Of a stretch of DNA of 64,000 nucleotides, positions 23,026 through 34,655 are shown piece after piece. The DNA comes from Malacoraja senta. Its lineage: Eukaryota. Location of the stretch: contig CM075989.1 of assembly GCA_038087875.1 (NCBI GenBank), positions 2,046,001 to 2,110,000 on the forward strand, read 5' to 3'. The stretch's first letter is position 1. Each line of letters starts with the position of its first letter. A program made the position numbers and the translations under genes. The notes under the pieces were generated by a model. It was not told where the DNA came from. It saw only the letters and a list, made by a program, of their open reading frames with translations, and ran no database searches.

Positions 23026-25020
23026 CTGAAGAAGCGTCTCAGTCCGACTCACTTCATCGCTTCCGGCTCCCTGCTCTCGCAAGCCTCCAACCTCACCGTT
23101 CCCCAGCCCCACACGGCCCGATTTTACCTTCTCCCCAAAATCCACAAACCTGACTGTCCTGGTAGACCCATTGTTTCTACTTGTTCTTGTCCCACCGAAC
23201 ATTTCCACATACCTCGACTCCATCCTATACCTCCTGGTCAAATCCCTCCCTACCTATGTCCAAGACACCTCACACACTTTCCGTCTCCTTCACGACTTCC
23301 ATTCCACAAGATAGATAGATAGATAGATAAATACTTTATTAATCCCCTCAGGGAAATTCAGATGTCCAGTAGCCAACACAGACAGAACGTAAAACAGACA
23401 ACACACAAAATACGGACAATACATAAAAGCAATAAATACTTGAAAATAACCCAATAAATAACTATTAAAAGTGCAAAGCATCCCCATAGAGCCCCCATCC
23501 CCTCATCTTCATTATGGATGTCCAGTCACTCTACACCTCCATCCCCCACCAGGAGGGTCTTAAAGCCTTCCATTTCTTCCTCGACCGCAGAACCAACCAA
23601 TACCCATCTACTGATACTCTCCTCCGCCTAGCGGAGTTAGTCCTTACCCTCAACAACTTTTATTTTGACACCTCCCATTTCCTCCAAATCCAATGTGTAG
23701 CTACGGGCACGTGCATGGGCCCCAGCTATGCCTGCCTCTTTGTTGGGTACATCGAACAATCCTTGTTCGAGGTTTACTGTGGCCCTATCCCCGAACTCTA
23801 CCTCCACTACATTGACGACTGCATTGGTGCCACCTCCTGCACCCACGCAGAACTCACTGACTTCATCCATTTCACCACTAACTTCCATTCCGCACTCAAA
23901 TACACCTGGACCATTTCCGACATCTCCCTACCATTTCTAGACCTCACCGTCTCCATCACAGGCAACAGTCTACTGACCGACATCCACTATAAACCTACCG
24001 ACTCCCATGGCTATCTAGACTACACTTCTTCCCACCCTGCTTCCTGTCAGGACTCTATCCCCTACTCCCAATTCTTCCTACTACGCTGCATCTGCTCCCA
24101 GGATGAGGTTTTCCACACCAGGGCATCGGAGATGTCCTCATTTTTTAGGGAATGAGGGTTCCCCTCTTCGACTATAGATGAGGCTCTCGCCAGGGTCTCC
24201 TCTATATCCCGCAGCTTCGCTCTTACTCCCCATCACCCCACTCGTAACAAGGTCAGAGTCCCCCTTGTCCTCACCTTCCACTCTACCAGCCGTCGCATAC
24301 AACATATAATCCTCTGATATATTCGCCACCTCCAACGGGATCCCACCACTGGCCACATCTTCCCATCTCCTCCCCTTTCTGCTTTCCGCAGAGACCGTTC
24401 CCTCCGTATCTCCCTGGTCAATTCGTCCCTACGCCACCCAAACCACCCCCTCCCCTGGTACTGTCCCTTGCAACTGCAGGAAATGCTACACTTGTCGCTT
24501 TACCTCCCCCCTCGACTCCATCCAAGGACCCAAGCAGTCTTTCCAACCTCATCTACTGCATCTGCTGTTCCAGCTGTCAACTTCTCTACTTCGGTGAGAC
24601 CAAGCGCAGGCCCAACATCTCTGCTCAGTTCGCAATAACCAACCTGATCTCCCGGTGGCCCAGCAGTTCAACTCCCCCTCCCATTCCGAATCTGACCTTT
24701 CTGACCTGGGCCTCCTCCATGGTCAGAGTGAGACCCACCACAAATTGGAGGAACGGCACCTCATATTTCGCTTCGGCAGTTTACACCCCAGCGGTATGAA
24801 CATTGACTTCTCCAATTTCAGGTAGTCCTTGCTTTCTCCCTCTTCCCCTCCCCTTCCCAGTTCTCCCACAGCCTACTGTCTCCACCTCTTCCTTTCTTTT
24901 TTCCGTCCCCCACCCCCCGACATCAGTCTGAAGAAGGGTCTCGACCCAAAACGTCGCCTATTCCTTCTCTCCATAGATGCTGCCTCACCCGCTGAGTTTC
25001 TGCAGCATTTTTGTCTACCT
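23026..25020 (+). mobile_element. 5'-truncated Penelope-like element: RT plus GIY-YIG pseudogene and 3' terminus
   Basis: ARFYLLPKIHKPDCPGRPIVS, MDVQSLYTSIP, YIDD, HYKPTDS and NLIYCICC..LYFGETKR motifs. The ORF ends GMNIDFSNFR* at 24825. The terminus carries a hammerhead-like motif at ~24925. Confidence 0.92.
23308..23487 (-). mobile_element. Rex/Babar-type 3' tail inserted into the Penelope RT
   Basis: Antisense AATTTCCCTGAGGGGATTAATAAAGTATT(TATC)n. The PLE sequence continues on both sides. Confidence 0.7.
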
Positions 25021-25639
25021 AATGCAATTGTTCTGCTCTGTGAGGATATATAATCCTTGGTCCAGTTGCCTGGAGCGGTACAATATTGGTTCCCTCTCTG
25101 ACGTACTACCCACCTTCATTACTTTTGATTAATAATCCAATTAATTCTACCCAGTGACTGCAATGCAACAAATTGACTGGAAAAAAATCCCCTATGACAC
25201 CAGAGAATAGTGCAAAGGTAAAATGACAGTTTAATACCTTGTCACAAGTATCTATGGTGTTGGTTGTTCTTGTGGTTATGTATCTGGATGTAAGTATCAC
25301 TGCATGGAATTAAATCCTGCTTCAGCCTTTATTTATTCAGTAAATATGGGGTGTAAACTGTGTCTTTTGTGTTGGATCACTAATTTAACTTAACGCTAAG
25401 TACTTTGTACTATTACTCAAAGTGTTACTTTCTGCATGACATGGAGACAACATGGAAAGCCGCAGCCATTGGGAACCTGCCAATATCATTGGCAAACAAT
25501 GGCAGGTTCCTTCCCTTCCTGACCTAGGTTTTGGAATAACTTAAATTTGCTACCGTGATATATAAAGCTTAGTGGTCATACACCTTTTGAGAAAAGTTGA
25601 ATTATCTATGATTCAAAGAGTGAGTGACTGTCCATTGCC

Positions 25640-26100
25640 ATCTGATAAGTTATAGAGCAGAATTAGCCATTCAGCCCATCAAGTCAACTGCCATTCAATA
25701 TGGGATATGGAGAGAAGGCAGGTACGGGTTATTGATTGGGATGATCAGCCATGATCGCAATTGATGGCAGTGCTGGCTCGAAAGGGCCGAATGACCTCCT
25801 CCTGCACCTATTTTCTATGTTCTATGTTCTAATTATGGCTGATCTATCTTTCCCTCCTAACCCCATTCACCTGCCTTAAAAATATCAATTGACTTGTGTG
25901 AGCCCTTCACACAACTGTCTGTGGCAATGAATTCCACAGGTTCACCACCCTCTGACTAAAGAAATCCCTCCTCATCTCCTTTCTAAAGGTACGTCCTTTC
26001 AATCTGAGGCGGTGGCCTCTGGTCCTAGACACTCCCACTCGTGGAAACATCCCCTCCACATCCACTCTATCCAGCCTTTTACTATTCGGTAAGTTTCAAT
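25640..26100 (-). mobile_element. CR1 3' fragment with a nested sense CR1 tail (~25700-25830)
   Basis: Antisense CR1 blocks flank GGGATATGGAGAGAAGGCAGG...(TTCTATG)n. Confidence 0.7.
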
Positions 26101-26634
26101 CTAATCAACTTGAGAACTCCATCATTCCAGTCAGCATGGCAGCATTCCATCAGCAACATTTCTCTTCGGCATGACTCCACCGCTGGGAATATTATCCATG
26201 AAGTCTGCTGCAAACTCCACCATGGGTAATGGTCTCTGTGATCTGTGTGGACGATCTCAGTGCTGCCAGCATTCGGTGCCAACTGTATTTGAGCCCAGCA
26301 TCACACACATCCACATCGGTGCTCGAGGATTCCATTACTGAGAATATGCTCCACAATTCTGTGGCAGAGAATCCCATCACCGATTATACTCTCGACAATT
26401 TGCATTGAAGAACTCCACCGCTGCCAATACTTCTCCCAATCTGCATTGGAACTCAGCCATTCACATTTCTCTCCATCATCTGCAAAAGGAAACTCATTCA
26501 CTCTCATGACTCACTGCTGTGCAGTGACCATTCTGTTGCTGCCAATACCGGCCTCAGTGGTAATCATGTTGACAATGTCTAATGAGCTGTACTGGGTAGA
26601 TGTCACTGCTGCCATACTTTCTATAACCTTTAGG

Positions 26635-26905
26635 GCCTGGTGGTGTAGTGGTAGAGCTACAGCCTTACAGTGCCAGAGACCTGGTTCGATCCTGACTATG
26701 GGTTTTTGTCTGTACGGAGTTTGTCCGTTCTCCCCGTGACCTGCGTGGGTTTTCTCCTAGATCCTCGTTGTCCTCCCACACACAATTTGTCAGTAAATTG
26801 GCTTGGTAAAATGTAAATCGTCCTCGTGTTTGTAGGATAGTGTTAGTGTGCGGGATCGCTGGTCGGTGCGGACTCAATGGGCCAAAGGGCCTGTTTCCGC
26901 GCTGT
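26635..26905 (+). mobile_element. HE1-type SINE
   Basis: Head containing GGTTCGATCC, V-domain and tail. Confidence 0.8.
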
Positions 26906-27408
26906 AATTCCTGAGCAATTCCAAGCAATGGGACTAGAATTTCACTAGATGGGTGAACAGGTGGAATTCATGTGTGCATTCCATAAATGCAAGCTAAGGA
27001 TTCTGTCTTGGGCACAAGAAGCAATAAAATTGGACTGGCCTTGCAAAGTGAACCTTTGCCTTCAAGTTTCAGTTTCAATTCATTTGCACAATGCTGACCA
27101 GCGGATCTTCAAGGAATGATTTAGAATATTGCTTTTCAACAGAGAAAGTTGGCATTAGAAACTACCAGGATATATTTGAACATAAAAGCACAGCACAGGA
27201 ACACAGTCTTCAGCACAAAATGTCTGTGCCAAACATGATGCAGATTAAATTAAGTCTTATCTGGCCTGCACATGATCCATACCCTCCATCCCTACTACCC
27301 ATGTTCCTGACCTAAAGCGTCTTAAATACCACTGTGTATCTGCCTCCACCACAACACCTGGCAGCGTGTTTCCAGGCATCCTCCACTCTCCTCACGTAAA
27401 AGGACCTG

Positions 27409-27608
27409 NNNNNNNNNNNNNNNNNNNNNNNNNNNNNNNNNNNNNNNNNNNNNNNNNNNNNNNNNNNNNNNNNNNNNNNNNNNNNNNNNNNNNNNNNNNN
27501 NNNNNNNNNNNNNNNNNNNNNNNNNNNNNNNNNNNNNNNNNNNNNNNNNNNNNNNNNNNNNNNNNNNNNNNNNNNNNNNNNNNNNNNNNNNNNNNNNNNN
27601 NNNNNNNN
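27409..27608. other. Assembly gap (200 N)
   Basis: Run of exactly 200 N. Confidence 1.
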
Positions 27609-27839
27609 TGTCCTGAGGTCCCAGACTGGGCTGGAGAGGTGAGCCTCAGCCACCCAGCAGCCTCACATCATGGAGAGCTATCACCACTGCCTCTGCTGAG
27701 GGAGATGATTGAAGGACCGTTCGGATATTAAAAATTGGAAACCCGCTCCCTATCGATGGCGGTGGGTTCTATGGAAACTGGAGGACGCTTGTGCAGTCTT
27801 CAAGTTGCTACTCTTGGTGTCAGTGCAGTGTGCCTTTAA

Positions 27840-28425
27840 ATCATAGTCATAGAGTGATACAGCGAGGAAACAAGCCCTTCAGCCCAACTTGCCCACACCG
27901 GCCAACATGTCCCAGCTACACTAGTCCCACCTGCCCGCGTTTGGTCCATATCTCTCCAAACCTGTTATTCCATGTACTTGTCCAACTGTTTCTTAAATGT
28001 TGGGAAAGTCACTGCCTCAACTACCTCCTCTGGCAGCTCTTTCCATACACTCAACATCCTTTGTGTGAAAAGGTTACCCTTCAGATTCCTATTAAATGTT
28101 TTCCCCTTCACCCTAAACGTATGCCCTCTGGTCCTCAATTCCCCTACTCTGGGCAAGAGTGTGCATCTACCCGATCTATTCCTCTCATAATTTTATACAC
28201 CTCAATAAGATCACCCCTCATCCTCCTGCACTCCAAGGAATAGAGTCCCAGCCTACTCAACTTCCATCTTTAGCTCAGACCCTCTAGTCCTAGCAACATC
28301 CTCGTAAATCATCTCTGTACCCTTTCCAGGTGACAACATCTTTCCTATAACATGGTGCCCAGAAATGAACACATTACTCTAAATACGGCCTCACCAATGT
28401 CTTATACAACTGCAAAATGACCACC
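27840..28425 (-). mobile_element. CR1 3' fragment
   Basis: ORF 27965..28156(-) reads RTRGHTFRVKGKTFNRNLKGNLFTQR. Confidence 0.85.
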
Positions 28426-28659
28426 CAGGTGGTAAAATCGTGGTAATCGCTAGCATGTAACAGAATGTCTTCCTGGGACATTCCACTGAGGCAGCGGCTG
28501 TGTGAAGCCTTGGGCCCTTATCTGTATCAGAGTATGAACATAGATGTATTAGCTTTGCACCTAATGCTGGAACATGGTCAGGTCCTGGGAGCGGATCACA
28601 CAATGTCCAACTACATGAATGGCACCATTTTGTTTGCACACTATCACTACGTATTAAGA

Positions 28660-29505
28660 GTGCGGTGGCGCGGATTACTGCAGCGCCCCCTACAGCCTGT
28701 CTGTCTTTTTTTTAAATTTTTGTCTAGTTAAATGTAATTGTTTGTGTTTTTTATACTGTTTTTAACTGTGTATATGTGGGGGGTGGGGGGGGAGGGGGAA
28801 ACTTTAAAAAATCTCTTCCCTGCACGGGAGACCCGACCTTTTCCCTGTCCGGTCTCCGTTGTCGTTGGGGCCTAGCTCCGTGGAGCGGCCTCCGACCGGG
28901 ACGACCTGGGGGCTCCAGTCGCGGAGCCTGCGGACTTACCGTGGGGCTGGCCGGCCTCGGAGCGTGAGGAGCGGTGGTGGCGCGCTGCTGCGGCCCGACT
29001 CCAGAGCTCCAGCTGCAGACCTGTGGACTATGATATCGGGAGCTCGCGGGTCCGGGTGAGAGACCGCTTTCCGGAGCTCCCGCAACGCAACTTCTCCCGC
29101 CCGTGACGCGGGGTTGGAACGACCCGGAGCAGGGCCGTATATCGCCCGGCGCGGCTTTAATGGCCGTGGGACATTCCAGCGTCCGCCGGGGGCTCCAACT
29201 TTGTGACTTTTGTGCCCGGAGCGGGGCCGTACACCGTCCGGCGCGGCCTCAACGGCCGTGGGACTTAACATTGCCCGCCTGGGGCTTCAACATCGGAAGG
29301 AAAATGGTGCAGGGGAGAGAAAAGACTTTGCTTCCATCACAGTGAGGAGGAGATTCACTGTGATAGATGTTTTTCTGTAAATTGAATTGTTTGTGTGTCG
29401 TGTAGGAATTGTTTTGTTTGTATGGCTGTGGAAACGGAGGTTCGTTTGAGCCTCATTGAGGTTCAAATGACAAGAAATAAAATCTCTAATCTCTCTAATC
29501 TCTCT
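28660..29505 (+). mobile_element. GC-rich long SINE-like element (copy C) with a Rex1-like stem-loop tail
   Basis: The head CCTACAGCCTGTCTGT..T-rich..ATGTGGGGG..GGGGGAAAC is shared with copies A and B. Tail TTCGTTTGAGCCTCATTGAGGTTCAAATGACAA..(TCTCTAA)n. Confidence 0.6.
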
Positions 29506-29869
29506 ACTGCAGTCTACCACAGGTAATACTACTTTGGGGTCACATGGTCAAAATTTCTACGTTTCTATCCACTTGCAGTTTCACCGTCTTCAATTCTGAT
29601 CTTCGCATCCAAGTCTGATCCCAGTTTCGATCCAATCAAACACAAAGAGTGAGCAGACTTGAAACAGAACACTGATTGGAACCTATCGAGAAATGTCCCA
29701 ATTTATATCACACACAGCCAGCCAGCAAATCAGTTCAAACTAATTACTGCCGTGGTTGGAATATTCACAATGTCACGTCCCCTATCTACAGAACAGAACC
29801 AGAGTTGGGAAAGTCCACATGTGGTCGCCTTTTTGGTGTAATTTCATATCTGACCCATATCTTTGTTTA

Positions 29870-30900
29870 TTTTGTTTAGAGATACAGCGTGGGAACAGGC
29901 CCTTTGGAGCACCAAGTCCGCACCGACCAGTGATCTGCACACATTAACACTACCTTACACACATGGGCGGAAATCCCAGGGGGACACATCCCCCCCCCCC
30001 ATGTTTTGAGAGGTGGGGGACGATCCCCCCCCATGTTTTGAGAGGTGGGGGACGATCCCCCCCATGTTTTGTAATCCGGATTTTAAAACTCGGTGATAAA
30101 AAAGCTATTAAAAATCTCCGCTTTCCGTGAGACAGTGGGGGTGGGACTGATGATCGAGGGCGCCGATTGTATGAGAGAGACGTCGGTGAGCAGGCAGTGG
30201 GGGGGGGGACCAAGATGATTCAGCGCGATGATTGGAGGAGGGAGGTGTCGGTCAGAGGCAGAAGTAGGGGGGTGGGACTGATGATAGAGCACGGTGATTG
30301 GAGGAGGGAGACGTCCTGGTGGAGCAAAGATCATAGGGCAGAGCTTGAATCGGCCCGTTCGCGGGGCTTTTCATCGCCCGGCGCAGCTTAAAATCGGCAG
30401 CGAGATCATCCACCACCCCGCGGTCAAATTGCTACGTCGAGGCGATCGAGGCTCCCGATGTTGAAGCCCCCGCCGGACGATGAAAGGTCCCGCGAACGGG
30501 CCGATTCAAGTCCCACGATTTGGGGCGGACGAAGCTGCTGTTGCTGGAGATCGGAGTCGGTCACCAACTAGGTCAGCTTCCGATATTACCGTCCACAGGG
30601 CCCACGGCCGAAGCCTCATGTGTGTGCGCATGCGCGCGCACGGCCACCAAGAAATTGTGTCCCCCCCATGTTTTGATAGCGATTTCCGTGCCAGCCACAC
30701 ACTATGTAACAATTTAACATTTATACCAAACCAATTAACCTACAAACCTGTACGTCTTTGCAGTGCGGGAGGAAACCAAAGTTCTCGGAGAAAACCCATG
30801 CAGGTCACGGGGAGAAACTGCATACAGACAGCACCCGTAGTCAGGATCAAACACGGATCTGGCGCTGTGAGGCAGCAACTCTACCGCTGTGCAACTGTGC
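29870..30900 (-). mobile_element. HE1-type SINE split by the element at 29962-30694
   Basis: SINE tail at 29870-29961; the remainder resumes at ~30695. Confidence 0.75.
29962..30694. mobile_element. MITE-like (possibly hAT) non-autonomous DNA element
   Basis: Imperfect TIR CATGGGCGGAAATC / GATTTCCGTGCCAG. The subterminal repeat CCCCCCATGTTTTG occurs three times at the left end and once at the right. It interrupts a SINE cleanly. Confidence 0.6.
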
Positions 30901-31410
30901 TGAGAAATGATGTGTTGGGGTTGGAGAGGGTCCAGAGGAGGTTTACGAGAATGATCCCAAGAATGAGTAGGTTACATAGGATGAGTGTTTGTCAGCACTG
31001 GCCTCTACTCACTGGAGTTTAGAAGGATGAGTGGGGACCTCTTTGAAACTTAACAAATAGTGAAAGGCCTGAACAGAATGGATGCGGAGAGGATGTTTCC
31101 ACTAGTGGAAGAGACTAGGACATAGCCTTAGAATAAAAGGATGCACCTTTAGGAAGGAGATGTGGAGGAATTTCTTTGGTCAGAAGATGGTGAATTTGTG
31201 GTATTCATTGCCACATAAGGCTGTGGAGTCCAAATCAGTGGATAATTTTGGCAGATAGATTCTTGAATAGTACAGGTGTCAGGGCTAATGGGGACAAGGC
31301 GGGAAGATGGGATTGAGAGGAAAAAATAGATCAGCTATGATTGAATGGCGGAGTAGATGATGGGCCGAATGGACTAATTCTGCATCTATAACTTTTGAAC
31401 TTATGAACTT
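30900..31410 (+). mobile_element. CR1 3' fragment
   Basis: LERVQRRFTRMIP translation and CR1 3' UTR. Confidence 0.8.
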
Positions 31411-31689
31411 ACATCAATTTGTGCAGACAGTAAGCTTGGATTGAGGATGTAGACACAAGGAATTGCAGATACTGGTTTATAAAACAGACACAAAGTGCTG
31501 GAGGAACTCAGCGAGTCAGGCAGTATTTCTGGAAGACCTGGATAGGCAACATTTCAGGTCCTCTGAAGAATGGTCCCGACCTGAAACATTGCCGATCCAT
31601 GTTCTCCAGAGATGCTTCCTGACCGCTGAGTTCCTCCAGCTCAATCTTGGATTGAGTGTGACGGGATGGGGAATATCCAAACTCCACAT

Positions 31690-32000
31690 GGTGGCGCAGC
31701 GGTAGAGTTGCTGCCTTACAGCGAATGCAGCGCCGGCCACCCGGTTCGATCCCGACTACGGGTTCTGTCTGTACGGAGTTTGTACGTTCTCCCTGTGACT
31801 GCATGGGTTTTCTCCAAGATCTTCAGTTTCCTCCCACACTCCAAAGATGTACAGGTTTAAAAGTTAATTGGCTTTGTATAAATGTAAAAAGTGGCCCTAG
31901 TGGGTGTAGGATAGTGTTAATGTACGGGGATCGCTGGTCGGCACGGACCCGGTGGGCCGAAGGGCCTGTTTCCGCGCTGTATCTTAACTAAACTGAACTA
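31690..32000 (+). mobile_element. HE1-type SINE
   Basis: Complete head, V-domain and tail. Confidence 0.85.
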
Positions 32001-33324
32001 TGGATTATTCTACCAGTCAGACATCTCAGGCGAAAAAAATAGATATGATTAAAATCCTCAGCCACATTCCATGGATTGAAACCTCATTCGAGTCTGAATA
32101 AAGTAGTAATTATTAAAGTTAATGAGGCTGATTAACAGGAGAGGTGAAAATGTCACTGCTTTGAACTGGGGATGAAGAGCCAGGCTGGCACACTTTGCTC
32201 TGCATATTTCCCATGTTGTCACCAGCCTGTGGTGATACACCTGCATCTTCTCCCAGCCTGACATCTTCACCTCACCAAAATAGGTCTCCTTTAACAAACA
32301 CCGCTTTGCATCTTCAACTAAAATTAGACATCCATCAGAAGGTTACACCTTATTAAATTAAATCCACTGCAAAGGTCATTAATTATCTGTAACAGCAAAC
32401 CAGATTAATTGGCGAGTAGCTCTGTAGCACCAGTCAAGGACTGGAGGTGCTCTTCCTTCTTCTATTCTGGGAGGGCTTTGTTGACTCGATATTTAATTAT
32501 ATTGCTCTGGTGAACTGTAATCTTGAAATTATCTTCCCCAGCAACAAGGAGAAGTGTCTTTTTGAGTAGAGAGACAAAAGGATTCTCAAGAACGGGGAAC
32601 GTGAAAACCCTTCAGTGAATTACCACACAATAAATATCAGTTGATTCACACTGTGTCGCCCTTTTACACTAAATTACCTTGCTCTTGACTATATTTGGAA
32701 AACATTTTGTTTAAGTCTGACCCGCTGAGTTACTATGTGTCTATCTGCACATTATGCTTTCACGGCTAATTAATTTATTACTGCACTCATTATTCTTTCA
32801 AGCATATCCCCTATTCATTAAGAAGTTTCTGATCAAAAAAAATCAAACCATTTAATCAAAAGAGAGACACAAAAAGCTGGAATAATTCAGCGGCTCAGAC
32901 AACATCTCTGGAGAAAAGGAATAGGTGACGTTTCGGGTCGAGACCCTTCTTCTGAGAGTCAGGGGAAAGGGAAACGAGAGATATAGAACAAATGAATGGA
33001 AGATGCAAAAAAGTAACAATGATAAAGGAAATATGCCTTTGTTAACTGTTTGCTAGGTGTGAACGAGTAGCTGGTGCGACTTGGGGGGGGGGGGGGGGGG
33101 TGGAGGATGGTGAGAGAAAAAATGTTGGGGTTACTTGAAGTTAGATAAATCTTTTAATAATATATTATTTTATCACGACGATCAGATCTTAACCCTGGAT
33201 AGCATCGCACAAAGTCATATTTATATGAACACTAAAGAAATTATTTCACTAAAGAAATTCCTGTTTGTGGCTCCCATTTATATCTTTATTTCAATATAGT
33301 CATTGGTCTAATTCTGTTGCAGCT

Positions 33325-33876
33325 TAGTTTAGTTTAGTTTAATTTAGAGATACAGCACGGAAACAGGCCCTTCAGCCCACTGAGCCCACGCCGTCCACAG
33401 ATCCCCGCACACTAGGGACAATTTACATTTATACCAAGACAAGTAGCTTACAAACCTGTACGTCTTTGGAGGGTGGGAGGAAACCGGAGCACCTGTAAAA
33501 ACCCACACAGGTCACGGGGAGAACGTACAAACTCCGTGCAGACAGCCCCGGTAGTCACGAACAAATCCATATCTCTGGCCCATGAGCGCGAAAACAAGAT
33601 CTTCAACCCACCGAGTCCACACCGACCAGCGATCCCCACACACTAACACTATCTACACACACTAAGGACAATTTACATTTATACCTGTACCAAGCTAATT
33701 AGTCTACAAACCCGTACGTCTTTGAAGTGTGGGAGGAAACCGAAGATCTCGGAGAAAACCCATGCAGGTCACGGGGAGAACGTACAAACTCCGTATAGAC
33801 AAGCACCTGTAGTCAAGATCGAACCTGTGTCTCTGGTGCTGCAAGGCAGCAACTCTACCGCTGTGCCACCGTGCCA
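33325..33876 (-). mobile_element. Two tandem HE1-type SINEs
   Basis: Two antisense V-domains at ~33450-33560 and ~33700-33876. Confidence 0.75.
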
Positions 33877-34393
33877 CGGCTATTTGAAAAAGTTCTCTGC
33901 CTCCCTCTCTCAATGCTCCCACTCTGTGATTCCTCCAGCGCTCCTGCTCTTGGTCCATGTTCTGACCCAGCCTCACCACAGTCACACCAAAGACATGTCC
34001 CGACCTGAAACACAGCCTATCCATTCCGTCCAAAGTTGCTGCCTGAGTTCCTCCAGCGCTTTGCGTTTTACTCAAATATAAATATTCGCTGCACACCGTC
34101 TTAAGTTGGGGAAGCTTCTTTATCCAGGCACTTCATCACATTATCTGCGGCTGGCTTTCTTCACTCAGAGGAAGGGCGAGGCCCATTGAATCTTATCTCT
34201 AAGAGAAAAACAGGTTCATTGGGCAGTCCTTCCTCTGGATTCTCACCAAAACCTTTACTCTGCGTTCAGTATTATAAACATTCATATTTTAGGAGAACAT
34301 TGAACTCTCTAATTTTCACGTACCCATTTACTAAATTTCGCCCACAAGCCCCCTTCATTCGCCCACACACCCTCCTATTTTCTGGAGAACATG

Positions 34394-34655
34394 AACGTCA
34401 CCTATCCATGTTCTCCAGAGATGCTGCCTGACCCGCTGAGTTACTCCAGCACTCTGTGAAACGTCACCTATCCATGTTCTCCACAGATGCTGCCTGACCC
34501 GCTGAGTTACTCCAGCATTCTGTGAAACGTCACCTATCCATGTTCTCCAGAGATGCTGCCTGACCCGCTGAGTTACTCCAGCACTCTGTGAAACGTCATC
34601 TATCCATGTTCTCCACAGATGCTGCCTGACCCGCTGAGTTACTCCAGCATTGTGT
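34394..34655 (+). repeat. Four 66-bp tandem units derived from the Penelope terminus
   Basis: AACGTCA recurs at 34394, 34460, 34526 and 34592. Confidence 0.95.

Noticed and set aside
32598..32606. Additional TTCACGT loops (antisense here; sense at ~63366) as more HDV-like ribozymes
   Set aside because: The flanking bases do not form the complete P1/P2/P3 pairing set.
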